Assembly (NCBI RefSeq): GCF_006345805.1
Contig: NC_043015.1
Coordinates: forward strand, 18,166,001-18,230,000
Direction of reading: 5' to 3'
DNA: 64,000 bases
From: Octopus sinensis
Taxonomy: Eukaryota
Numbering within the stretch: the first letter of the stretch is position 1; each line of letters begins with the position of its first letter. Under the pieces are notes generated by a model. That model did not search any database and was not told the DNA's origin. It saw only the letters and a program-made list of their open reading frames with translations. Positions 51,597 to 63,276 of this stretch are shown here, piece after piece. The position numbers and the translations under genes are program-made.

Positions 51597-52518
51597 ACAA
51601 AAACACACGTGTGTATGTAGTTGTTTGAAACGTTTGTTTGTCACTGTCATATATGTATGTGTATGCGTGTGTGTGAGGAATGACAACACACACCACACCC
51701 TCACGCACGCACACATGTACATCAATGCTTTTATGAGCGTCATAGACAGAAACAAATATTACATCGCCATCGCCATCGCATTCTATTGTCTACCTGTCAA
51801 CACACACACAGTGAATTAGTTTCACTTATTCGTTGCACACTGTGTGTGTGCGTGTGCGTGTGCTGTAAAAAACCAGACTAAGAAAACATTTGACATACAC
51901 ACCAGAATGTGAGTTTTCTGTAAATTTTGCTTAATTGGAGTTTAAATTTTAAAAACTGGACCTGGAATGACCCGATGCATTCTACTCTTAAAAATGCTAG
52001 GTAAATGTGTAATTGAAGAAATCCTATATTAACAAACACACACACGTGTTTGTATGTAGTTGTTTAAAACGTTTGTTTGTCATGTGTCATATATGTATGT
52101 GTATGCGTATGTGTGAGGAATGACACACACACACTCACGCACGCACACATGTACATCATGCTTTTATGAGCGTCATAGACAGAAACAAATATTACATCGC
52201 CATCGCCATCGCATTCTATTGTCTACCTGTCAACACACACACAGTGAATTAGTTTCGCTTTATTCGTTGCACACTGTGTGTGTGCGTTTGCGTGTGCTGT
52301 AAACCAGACTAAGAAAAGCATGTGACATACACACCAGAATGTGAGTTTTCTGTAAATTTTGCTTAATTGGGTTTAAATTTTAAAAAGGACCTGGCCATGA
52401 CCCGATGCATTGTACTCTTAAAAATGCTAGGTAAATTGTAATTGAAGAAATCCTATATTGTAGATTTCTATAAGTGACAAAGGGAGGCAGATAAAATCTG
52501 CCTTTTATAATAAGAGAC
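51597..52518. repeat. Tandem duplication (unit of about 435 bp) in a probable Helitron-related element
   Basis: 51597-52030 is repeated at about 52031-52460, with a partial third copy at about 49600-49836. The minus-strand start TCTCTTATTATAAAAGGCAGA at about 52518 resembles a Helitron 5' end. Confidence 0.7.
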
Positions 52519-52633
52519 ATATATATATATATATATATATAATATATATATATAGTCATCAAAAAAAGGGGTAGAATTAATTAATTGAATAAATTCGACC
52601 AAGCAGTATTCGGTATGTAAAGACCATTTACGG

Positions 52634-52733
52634 NNNNNNNNNNNNNNNNNNNNNNNNNNNNNNNNNNNNNNNNNNNNNNNNNNNNNNNNNNNNNNNNNNN
52701 NNNNNNNNNNNNNNNNNNNNNNNNNNNNNNNNN
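52634..52733. other. Assembly gap (100 N)
   Basis: A run of exactly 100 N. The true size is unknown. Confidence 0.99.
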
Positions 52734-55700
52734 TGCCCTTCTCTGTCTGTCTCTTTAGTTCCCTCCCTTGCGCTTCTATGTCTGTCTCTTCAGTTCTCTC
52801 CCTTGCGCCCCTCCTTGGCCCAATAGCTTCGTTTAGAATTCTGTCTGTCTCTTCAGATCTCTCCCTAACGTTTCTCTGTCTGTCTCTTCAGTTCTCTCCC
52901 TTGCGCTTCTCTGTCTGTCTCAGCTCTCCTCTCTCTCTGAGGGCATAGAGGCTTTCTCTATCTTCCTTCAGCACTCAGTATCTCCTCTTCCTCTTCTCTC
53001 TTGCTCTCTTCTCTTGGCTCCCAATCTCTCCTTAAGTGCATGGACGCTCTCTTTCTCTATTACCCCCTACCCCCCCTATTGCACTATTGGATTAATATAA
53101 CTTAATATAATTAGATAGATAGATAGACAAAATATCTCTCCTCTTCCTCTTCTCTCTTGCTCTCTTCTCTTGGCTCCCAATCTCTCCTTAAGTACATAGA
53201 CGCTCTCTTTCTCTATTACCCCCCTACTATTGGATTAATATAACTTAACATAATTAGATAGATAGATAATATATCAAGAATGTCCAGAGCTTGGAAACGT
53301 GATGAACTGGCGTGGTTCCTGCGAGGATGGCAATGCGCTGACGGAGAAAGTCCAAGTAACATAATTGCGGCAGCACTAAGGAACAAAGGATTCAAAAGGA
53401 CGTCAGCACAAATAGAGCGGAAGAGGCAAGAGTTCGTACGCTCATACGCACTTGTCAGATCGCACATAAACACACTGGATGCCATTTTTAACAGCGAAAA
53501 ACGCGAACAAAGTAAAGATGGCAAGGATGGAGACGCGGGCGCAGATGAGGAGGGTCACCCCCACCTGGTGGACGCCCAGGAAGAAAACTCCAGCGAGAGG
53601 CCTGCCTGGGAGGTGAACCCAGGTACGGATGCTCCTACCGGCACCAAAAGCCATGGACATGGAGATGAAGAGGCAAAAAAAGAGGAAAAACTGAAGCTAA
53701 AACTCAGACAAAGCCAAGGGGCAAGGCAGCCAGGGATAGAGGCAAACCTAACTGTCCATATGCCAAAAAGGATGGAAACAAGCAGCGCACACGGGTATGT
53801 AGGTTCTACCTGAAAGGTGCCTGCCAGCATGGAGAGGAAGGTGCAGGCTGCCGCTTTGCACATCCGGGACCCTGCCACAGAAACCAACCACCGAAAGGAA
53901 ATGGGATGGACCACGCATCACCGGCCCCAAAACGGAGGTACGCAGATGTGGTGCGTACCACAAACCACCAACGTGTTGTTGAAAGGGCAGCTGCTGAGCA
54001 GGAATCTTTTTTGTGCATGGCACAAAAGATTGTACAGCAGCTAACCTGGCTCCATCAGGCTCAGGCTCGCAGATGGAACTGCCCACGGTTCACAAGACCG
54101 CCAGCAGATGGACCCAGGGTGGACACCACCGGCAACAGCATACACCTCACCTCGATGCTCCTACTGAACATCAGAGGACTACTAACACACAGTAACAGGA
54201 CAAAAGTCCCGTTCCTGAGAGACTTTGTCGCATGCAATCAAGCCTTATGCATAGCACTCACAGAAACGCATCTGAAACCGGACATAGCAGATGCGGAATT
54301 ACATATACCACAGTATGTTGTACTACGGACCGACAGGAAAGAAAGAAGTCATGGAGGAGTTGCTATGTACATCCGTGGGGACCTCACACCCCAGGTCCTT
54401 TTGTCATAATCAAACTCGGTGTGTGACACACTAATTGTACACATAAGGCAACTTGATGTAGTTGTGTGTGCTACATATCGCCCTCCAGATGCCCCAAGTC
54501 ATATGGGCAAGTTTGAGGACTGCCTTTTAAAAATAGAAGAAGTTCTAACCACATTAGAACAACACATAAGTGTACTACTTCTCATGGGAGACTTCAATCT
54601 ACCGAATGTCAGATGGCCGAGGGCCTTTCTCTCCCAGGAATGACAAGATGTGAACGAGGACAGGCGAGGTCCCTCCTGAACCTCACCAACACCCTGTACA
54701 TGGAGCAAGTAATACTCCAACCAACCAGAGCGGGTAACACACTGGATCTCTGCTTCACAAATAATATGGATCTCATCCATAATGTGAAAGTGACACCGAC
54801 ACTACTCTCGGATCACAACATGGTAGAGCTGACCATGTATGGGCCAAAAGAGAGCACGGACATGCAGCCTACAAGAAACCCTCAGAATCTTTCCAGCTTG
54901 AACTTCAATAAGGCAAACTGGAAACAAATTGAGAAAGAGATCCTCAAACAAAACTGGCCTGAATGTCCTCTCCTCAACCGGACATCGACATGATACTTCA
55001 ACAATTCATGTCTGTAATGCAAGCCATATGCTACAAATGTGTCCCAGAGAGAAAGGCCACTGTACACAAGAACAAAATCCCCAGAGAGAGAAAAATTTTA
55101 ATGAGACAGCGCACAAAAATCTCAAATCGCCTAAACAAACAAATGGAAAGCAGTGAAAAGTCCCGCCTGAAAATAAAACTGTTGGAAATTGAAAATTGTC
55201 TGCAACTCTCCCATGAGAAGGAAAGAGCAGACAAAGAAGCCTGGGCTATAGACAACATAAAAACTAACCCCAGAGCTTTCTACAGGTATGCCAAAGAAAC
55301 AGCTACAGTGCACTGTAGGATAGGGCCACTCCTTGAAAAGGATGGCACACTCATAGGAAAACCAATGAGGGTAAGTGAAATACTGAATGAACAATTCAAG
55401 AGTGTTTTCACTCCACCCCTTGGGCATTTCCAAATCAGCAATCCAACTGACTTTTTTTACCACTGCAGATATAGAATCAGAGGCGGCGACGTTAAATTAC
55501 ATCGATATAAAGGAAGACGATGTAATAAAGGCTATAGATGAAATGAAAATAGACTCAGCTATTGGCCCCGATGGATTCCCGGCAATCCTCCTAAAAGTAT
55601 GTAAGAGAGTCTTAGCAAGACCACTGCAGTTCCTTTCAGAGCTTCCTTGCAGCTGGCAAACTTCCAAGAAAACTGAAGGAAGGTAAAATATGCCCTATTC

Positions 55701-57205
55701 ATAAAGGAGGTAGCAGAGCGGAGGCCAAGAACTACAGACCTATCTCTCTGACCTCACACATCAGCAAGGTCATGGAACGAATAGTCAGAAGGAAAAACAT
55801 CACCTTCCTTGAAGAAAATGTCTTGCTGCCTGACACCCAACATGGTTTCCGACCAGGAAGAAGCTGCTTAACTCAGCTCCTGCAACACTATGACTGGGTG
55901 CTGAAACAACTGCTCAACCACTCAAATGTGGAAGTCATATATCTCGACTTCGCAAAGGCCTTCGATAAAGTCGATCATGAATGATATGTCACAAACTGCG
56001 TGATCTTGGCATAGTTGGAAAACTAGGAAATGGCTTCACGACTTTCTGAAGATAGAAGTCAGGTGGTAGTAGCCAATGTGGGCCACTTCCATTAGCACGC
56101 AAATAGTGAGCGGTGTTCCACAGGGCACTGTTTGGGACCACTACTGTTCAAATGGCCCTCTCAGACATGCCCTCAGCCACGCGGAGACCCACGATCACAA
56201 GTTATGCAGATGATACAAAGTTTTCACAGGCAATACAGAACCCTGAAGACACTAGGCACCTGCAATATGAGCTGGACGAATATACAAGTGGGCTGAAAAG
56301 AATAGCATGCAGTTCAATGCTGAAAAGTTTCAAGCTCTATACTATCAGCATGCAAAACTGAATGCAATACCAAGGAATACACTGGACCCGGAGGGATTGC
56401 AATCCCAGAGGCACAATCAGTGCGTGACCTGGGTATTCACATGAGTGATGACGCGACCTTTCATGTACATGTTGCTAAACTGACAATGAAATGCAGACGC
56501 CTGGCTGGATGGATTCTTAGAACCTTTAGAACAAGAGAACAAGAAACCATGATGGTCCTCTGGAAGACACTTGTCCTAAGCCACTTTGACTATTGCTCTC
56601 AGCTATGGTCACCATCCAGTGTCAAGTTGATCACAGAACTTGAGGCGATCCAACGAAGCTACACGAAGAAGATAGCCTCTATGCAGAATGTAAGCTACTG
56701 GGAAAGACTCAGAGATTAAAATTATATTCCCTGGAGCGTAGGCGGGAAAGATATGCCATAATATACATATATATCCTGGAAGTCCTGGAGGGAAGTGTCC
56801 TGAACTTTGGCATCGAGAGTTACGCAAACGCCAGAACTGGGCGCCACTGCGTGGTGCCTAGGACTCCAAACTTGCCATCAAGATGTAGGACAAGATTCTG
56901 TGATAGCCTGGCTTCCAAGGCCCACAGCTCTTCAATATCCTCCCGATGAACCTGAGAGACCTGCATGGGGTGGATACAGATGTCTTTAAAATGGAGCTGG
57001 ATCTCTTCCTGTCAGGTGTCCCAGATGAACCAACTTCACGGCAGGAGGGGCAGATGAGGTCAGCTGCATCGAACTCTCTCATGCACCAAATAGCAGTTGC
57101 TAGAAAGCCTCCATGAAGTGAAACCAAGTAGCAACACCAAATGGCGGTGCCCCAGCATGGCCACAGCTCATAAGCTGAAACTGGAATTCAATCAATCAAT
57201 CAATA
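52734..57205 (+). mobile_element. CR1-clade LINE, apparently near full length but frameshifted
   Basis: A pyrimidine-rich repetitive 5' UTR precedes ATG 53280. Endonuclease: LLNIRGL, ALTETHL, GGVAMY, YRPP, MGDFN, TLDLCFT, SDHNMV. RT: GPDGFP, YRPISLTS, QHGFRPGRSC, YLDFAKAFDKV, GVPQG, YADDTK. The 3' tail is (ATCA)n at about 57190-57204. Confidence 0.92.
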
Positions 57206-57675
57206 TATATATATGTATATATATATACATATATTCTATGTATATATATGTAATATATATATATATATATATGTATATAATGTATATATATATATGTATA
57301 TATTATACATATATATATATATATGTATATATATTATATACATATATATATATGTATATTATATGATATATATATTATATATGTATTATATGTATATATA
57401 TTATATATATATGTATATATATCTATATATATGTATATATATATGTATATATATCTATATATGTATATGTATATATGTATATATGTATATATGTATTATG
57501 TATAATTATATATATGTTATATTATATTTATATATATGTATATATATTTATATATATGTATATATATTATATGTATATATGTATAATATATATAATGTAT
57601 ATATATATATATATGTATATATATTATTAATATTTATATATATATGTAATATATATATATGTATATATATATATG

Positions 57676-57735
<60 letters not shown>

Positions 57736-57799
57736 TATGTATATATATATATATTATATATATATATATATACTTTATTTTAGCAGCAGAAAATTCAAC

Positions 57800-57846
57800 A
57801 AAATCTGTTACTCTGAGTTTCTCGTTGCCGTTCATCAGACAGTTTT
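57800..57846 (-). ncRNA. Compact type I hammerhead motif at the PLE 3' end (GUA triplet)
   Basis: Minus strand: AAAACTGT-CTGATGA-A-CG-GCAA-CG-A-GAAAC-TCAGA-GTA-ACAG-A-TTTT. Stem I is 4+4 bp, helix III is ACTC-A-GAGT, and stem II is only 2 bp plus a GNRA loop over an A.A mismatch. Confidence 0.62.
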
Positions 57847-60389
57847 TGCTAGAATGGAACTGATATATCATTCAATCTATACTCTTACAAACGCTACACC
57901 TTTAAAAAGAAATGGATTGTTTGATTGGCCCTTTAGAAAAAACGGTCAATCTTCGAGCGATAAACAAAAAGGTCAAAAATATATGTATATATATATAAAA
58001 AACTTATAAAAATGATAAAATCGAGGAAAAAACCTATTGACGTAATGAAGACAGTGCAATTAATGCATAGAAATAAACCTGTTATAAATACTGCAATACA
58101 TATTTATATTAAAATCTACATATATATATCAACATACACAAAAGGATGCGCGTAAACGCCATACATACATATACAGACGTATGATATAAGTCTAAATATA
58201 CACATAAAAGCATGTGTACATATTATAGGCAAACGTCTCGCACGCAAGCTAAAATTCATCTATGTAGCAATACTCATATACTGAGCAAGGAGGGGGAACG
58301 AAAGAAAGAAAGGAAAGAGAGGAAAAGGAACGAAGGAGGGGTGGGAAAAAAAAACAAATAATAAAAAATTTTATGTATACAAGCAGTGTAACGATGTTAT
58401 TGGCATCTATAGAGACCAGTATACATACACAAGTTTGAATGGATACATATACATACCGTCGTGTATATGTGTGCTTAAGCACAAACATACTTTCACTTAC
58501 ACATACACAGATACGCATGCTTACAAATACATATGCTTTGCTATACACATACTTATATAAACATTCTAATTTTGACATTGCTTTTTTTAAAAAACATTGC
58601 TTTTAAAAAATGGGTGCATTAATAAAAATATATACGAAAGACATATAAAATAAAATATAACATCCTATTTTGGGTCATTTATAAATAATCAAGGTAATAT
58701 AAATAATCAAGGTAATCCTATGCAATACAATAACATGAAAACAAAGTCTGTAGGTTTTTCCTAATATATATGTAGAAACATAAGACTTTGCTATACGGAT
58801 TAAGATCCGCATAGCTTGGAAACAAAATCCATCGTAGCGCTCAAGAGTCAAAATCAAAATCAAAAATCAAAAATACAAAATATATACTCTATCCATATGG
58901 TATATTTATATTCGACATTTTAAATTTAGCCGCGTGCCTACATAAGTTCATTAACTCACTTGTTTGATTCAAAGAATTATTGTCTTTGAATAAGATGTAC
59001 ATTTTTTCTAATAGACAAAGTCTGCACTTGAAATTATTTTTGTAAGCTCCATGCCTGTATGGTGCCGCCCTGTCCAGAATGCTCCATGTCACGTTGAAAG
59101 GGGGGCTTCCTTTTCTTTTAGTTCCCAGACATATTTTGCTAGGCTGGTTTTCTTCCTATTTCTCGGGTATGTGTATTTAATGAAGTTTTATGAGAATAAA
59201 ATCTTGTTTTAAATAATTTTCTGAAGCCCCTGTGTATGTCTTGTATTCCGATGAGCCTTCCACTTGCACCTTGGCTTTATAACACTACTCCTTTCACTAG
59301 ACATTTCCCTTCTAACGGACAGGAGCTTTCGTTTTTGAAATTACATTTCTTAATGGGCTCGGCACCATGTCTAATCTCAATTAGCTTCCTATTATGTTGG
59401 CTAATGTAAGAGGCGAAATTTCTGCAACAAGAATAGCTAACCTTCAGGGTTCTTCTATTAAATATTCTGTAGAATTTATGACCCTGCTTAAAATGCTTAG
59501 AGACTAATCTCAAAAATTCCTTACCTATATTAGTCTTTACGGCCAAATTGAAAGCCGGGTTGAACCACAAAACTTTCTTGGTCCTAGTTCTTCGTGCAGC
59601 ATTATTATCAGCATTAAGCTGGTTGAACTGGATCTTCTCCGAGAACCCACTATTCTTTAATGCGCTATCGTAATAAGGTGCAGCATTATGGAATGCTGCC
59701 TCGTCCGAAGAAATTGAAGATATTCTTCTACCTACATTGCTGACTAAGTTGCTAAGGATAACTGGTGGATGGTTCGAATCTTTGCTAATATACGATAGCT
59801 TTTCATTGGGCTTACGGAAAGGTTTAAATCTATCCGATCTTACATTAAAATTTACGTCTAAAAAATCTACACTATTCAGGTTAGCATCTATCGTAACCCG
59901 TAAGCCCATCTTTTGAAAGAAAGCTATAAGGTCCTTCCTAAGTCTATCTGATTCATGGCCGTTTAGATTATGCATGGCTATAAGGCCGTCATCCCTATAT
60001 AAACCTGCATCTATAAATGGGAATTCTATTTTTAGATTATGGAGAATAAAGGCTCCTATGAGCATACATAATTCAGCCCCTCGTATGCCCCCATCGGTAC
60101 ATCGAAAAGAGAATCCTCAGTCTTCTTAATCCAGGTGGAATCCTCGAAAAAAAGAAGCGATTTCCTCGCATGCATAATAATTTCAATTTCCGAGCTATCG
60201 ATGTTGACATACTGCTTGGCGAAGTCCAATGCCCTTAGGAGCAACGTCCTAGATATTGACGGGTAAAAGTCAATAATGACATTATTGACCGTTTTTTCTA
60301 AAGGGCCAATCAAACAAGTCCATTTCTTTTTAAAGGTGTAGCGTTTGTAAGAGTATAGATTGAATTGATATATCAGTTCCATTCTAGCA

Positions 60390-60436
60390 AAAACTGTCTG
60401 ATGAACGGCAACGAGAAACTCAGAGTAACAGATTTT
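60390..60436 (+). ncRNA. Identical inverted copy of the compact hammerhead motif
   Basis: CTGATGA at 60398-404, GAAAC at 60415-19 and GTA at 60425-27. Confidence 0.62.
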
Positions 60437-60982
60437 GTTGAATTTTCTGCTGCTTAAAATAAAGCATATTACTCTACCACTGGTATTTGAGTACTCTTTT
60501 CTCCACCTTGTTTCACATTTATGTGTTTTACTACTATATATATATAGTAATATTATATAATTATATATTATATATACATATAATATATATATTGTATATA
60601 TACACACATATATATATATAATATATGTGTATATATACATATATATTATATATATATGTATATATATACATATATATATTATATTGTATATATATATATT
60701 ATATATATATATGTATATATATAATATATTATATATATGGATATATATACATATATATATATTATAGGTATATATATACAATATATATAGATATATGTAT
60801 ATATATACATATATATATATATATGGATATATATATATATATTATATATATATGTATATATATACAATATATATATATGTGTATATATATATATAATATT
60901 ATGTATATATATACATATATATATATAATGTGTATATATATATATATATGTATATATATCACATATTATATATATATATGTG

Positions 60983-61014
<32 letters not shown>

Positions 61015-61323
61015 CATATATATAGATATATAGTATATATATACACTCATATATGTATGATGTATATATATATATATAATATAGTATATATATACAAATA
61101 TATATATATATGTATATATATACAAATATATATATATATGTAATATATACATATATATATGTGTATATATATATATATATGTATATATATACATATATAT
61201 ATATATATTATTATATGTGTATTATATATATTATATATATATATATTATATATGTATATCTATATATATATATATATAATATATATATACATATATATAT
61301 GGACGCTAAATGATGATGATGTG

Positions 61324-61356
<33 letters not shown>

Positions 61357-61394
61357 AATATATATATGTATATATATATATATATATATTATCA

Positions 61395-61474
<80 letters not shown>

Positions 61475-61702
61475 GTATATATTTAAAAAATAGGATAAAA
61501 TCTTAATAATAAGATTTTATTCTATTTTTTAAATTTGTTCCGAAGAAGCACGTTTCTTACCGAAATGCAGTTCGAAAAAGCCCGCCATTTACATAAATAT
61601 ATGAGGGGTGAACATTTTCATATGCTACGACGGAGGCGACGGTTGTCTGTCTGGTTCTGCCTGGCATGTTGGTTTTGTTCATTCATGATATATTTTGAAT
61701 TT

Positions 61703-61766
61703 GTTTCACTGAAGAGCAAGAGACGTAGATAATACGTTAATTGCGAAATGACAGGTGATCTGGAAC
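61703..61766 (+). ncRNA. Type I hammerhead motif (AUC triplet)
   Basis: Stem I GTTTCA/TGGAAC (6 bp, 1 wobble). CTGAAGA at 61709-15. Stem II GCAA/TTGC with an inner ACGTA/TACGT hairpin. GAAA at 61745-48. Helix III is AT-GACAGGTG-AT with C17 at 61760. Confidence 0.65.
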
Positions 61767-61905
61767 TAAATTCTGTTTTTAAATGTCTTGCTTCAAGAGC
61801 TGCATTTGGTACGATTTGTTTATTTTTGGTAGTTATGACTTTAAAAGTCCCTCCTAGCGTGTGGCATTTATGTGTAATAATGCCCTCTATATAATATAAT
61901 ATATG

Positions 61906-61962
<57 letters not shown>

Positions 61963-62085
61963 ATATTTATATATACATGTATATATATGTATATATATAT
62001 ACATATATATGTATATATATATACATATATATACATACATATATGTATATATTATATATATATATGTATATATACATACATATAG

Positions 62086-62117
<32 letters not shown>

Positions 62118-62186
62118 CATATATGTATATATATATATATATGTATATATATATACATATATATATTTGTATATATACATATATAT

Positions 62187-62710
62187 GTATATATATGTAT
62201 CAAATGAAATAAAAATAGAACACAAAGGATGTTTCGAGCTTTATAAAGCAACTTATTCTTACATCAATGTATAATCGACATAACAGATAGTTTAAAGCCC
62301 TCTTCAGCCACATGCAATTGCTACACCAAAGACTTGTATCGCATTATGAAAGGTCTGAGAAAGAACATTTGGTATTCTTTATAATGGTAGGTAAATTGGA
62401 GTGAGAAAACGGTATGGACGGTTTTTTGGAGTCCAATAATACCCTGTACACCTATTTGATTATGAAGATTTACAAACATACCTTCTCAGTGATACTCAAT
62501 TTACCTACTATTATAAATAATACCAAATGTTCTTTCTCAGACCTTTCATAATGTGATACAAGTCTTTGGTGTAGCAATTGCATGCGGCTGAAGAGGGCTT
62601 TAAACTGTTATGTCGATTATACATTGATGTAAGAATAAGTTGTTTTATAAAGCTCGAAACATGTGTATCACAACATCCTTTGTGTTCTGTTTTTTATTTC
62701 ATTTGATACA
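62187..62710. repeat. Fold-back inverted repeat, arms of about 225 bp with a spacer of about 70 bp
   Basis: 62187-62410 is the reverse complement of about 62482-62710. Confidence 0.9.
62583..62672 (+). ncRNA. Type I hammerhead motif (GUA triplet); mirrored copy at about 62230-62312 lacks helix III
   Basis: CTGAAGA at 62588-94. Stem II GGGCTTTA/TAAAGCTC (8 bp). GAAAC at 62656-60, then ATGT-GTA. Stem I is TGCGG/TCACA (TGTGG in the mirrored copy pairs fully). Confidence 0.65.
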
Positions 62711-62821
62711 TATATCTTTTCACCTCTGCTACTAGCTGGCATATACAGGTGCTTACACTTATCAAGTATTCACCCTGAATTTTATGTATATATATATGTA
62801 TATATACATATATATATGTGC

Positions 62822-62853
<32 letters not shown>

Positions 62854-63016
62854 GTATGTATATTTATGTATATATATATGTATATATATATACGTATGTA
62901 TATTTATGTATATATATATACGTATGTATATTTATGTATATATATATATGTATATATTATATATATGTATATTATATATATATATATATGTATATATATT
63001 TATGTATATATATATG

Positions 63017-63048
<32 letters not shown>

Positions 63049-63055
63049 TATTATG

Positions 63056-63086
<31 letters not shown>

Positions 63087-63172
63087 TATATATATTATAT
63101 ATGTATATATATATATATATATATAATATATATATATATATGTATTATATATATAGATATATATATATATAG

Positions 63173-63207
<35 letters not shown>

Positions 63208-63212
63208 TGTAT

Positions 63213-63276
<64 letters not shown>

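Larger units (their letters stand above)
57775..60465 (-). mobile_element. Penelope-like element (Nematis-like), 5'-truncated, with an inverted terminal segment
   Basis: RT: IIDFYPSI, LFDVPMG, GLYRDDGL, VDFLDV, SNHPP, WFNP, CPLEGKC. GIY-YIG: KAKV..KTYTGASEN..KTRFYSHK, then CRLCLLEK and CRH. 57775-57950 is the reverse complement of about 60290-60465. Flanked by (TA)n. Confidence 0.92.
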
